The notes beneath the pieces are model-generated. The model was not told the DNA's origin. It made no database searches and saw nothing but the letters and a program-made list of their open reading frames with translations. Positions 63,866 to 64,000 of a stretch of 64,000 bases of DNA are shown here, in pieces (the stretch's first letter is position 1; every line of letters begins with the position of its first letter). The translations under genes and the position numbers were made by a program. The DNA is from Torpedo marmorata (taxonomy: Eukaryota), in NCBI GenBank assembly GCA_977017645.1, contig OZ360230.1, positions 74,152,001 to 74,216,000 on the forward strand. Reading direction: 5' to 3'.

Positions 63866-64000
63866 AAGAAGTCCTTCGTGCCAGCACACAGAGCTGAATT
63901 TGGACCCTGAACACAGAGTGATTTTTGTGGACTGTATTTTTGGGACTGACTTATTTTTATGACTGACCTGGGGGTTTTGGGGAAGGTTTTCCATTTTTAC

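Larger units (their letters stand above)
57809..64000 (+). mobile_element. Probable LTR(-like) element interrupted by two L1 insertions; runs off the window end
   Basis: Starts TGTTATG exactly where the older L1 is cut; host segments 57809-58320, 60037-60068 and 63882-64000 are joined by the TSDs; 3' end not visible. Confidence 0.5.

Overview
Vertebrate genomic DNA, most likely a cartilaginous fish (shark, ray or skate; inferred from the repeat landscape of HE1-type SINEs, CR1, L2, Rex1, Neptune-type Penelope and AT-rich L1). The window holds the 3' half of pax3 on the + strand: exon 5 (4400-4599), exon 6 (10650-10815), exon 7 (17970-18184), exon 8 (50823-51069) and exon 9 (52851-52885, ...SAFHYLKPDIA*). 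A ~1.9 kb 3'UTR carries miR-1/206 seed sites and tandem AATAAA at ~54730. Introns and the downstream flank are packed with transposons. There are three young L1 copies with perfect TSDs: one with a 1165-codon open ORF2 and one with a twin-priming 5' inversion, both nested within ~30 bp of each other in an LTR-like element. Also present are a young CR1, four hAT MITEs with 8-bp TSDs, a Chapaev3 deletion derivative and many Penelope-like (GIY-YIG) fragments whose termini carry hammerhead-ribozyme cores. The latter include a 216-bp palindromic element with its own TSD and a 394-bp hairpin bounded by ribozyme cores. Most short ORFs in the track are spurious. All calls come from reading the sequence; no database search was run.
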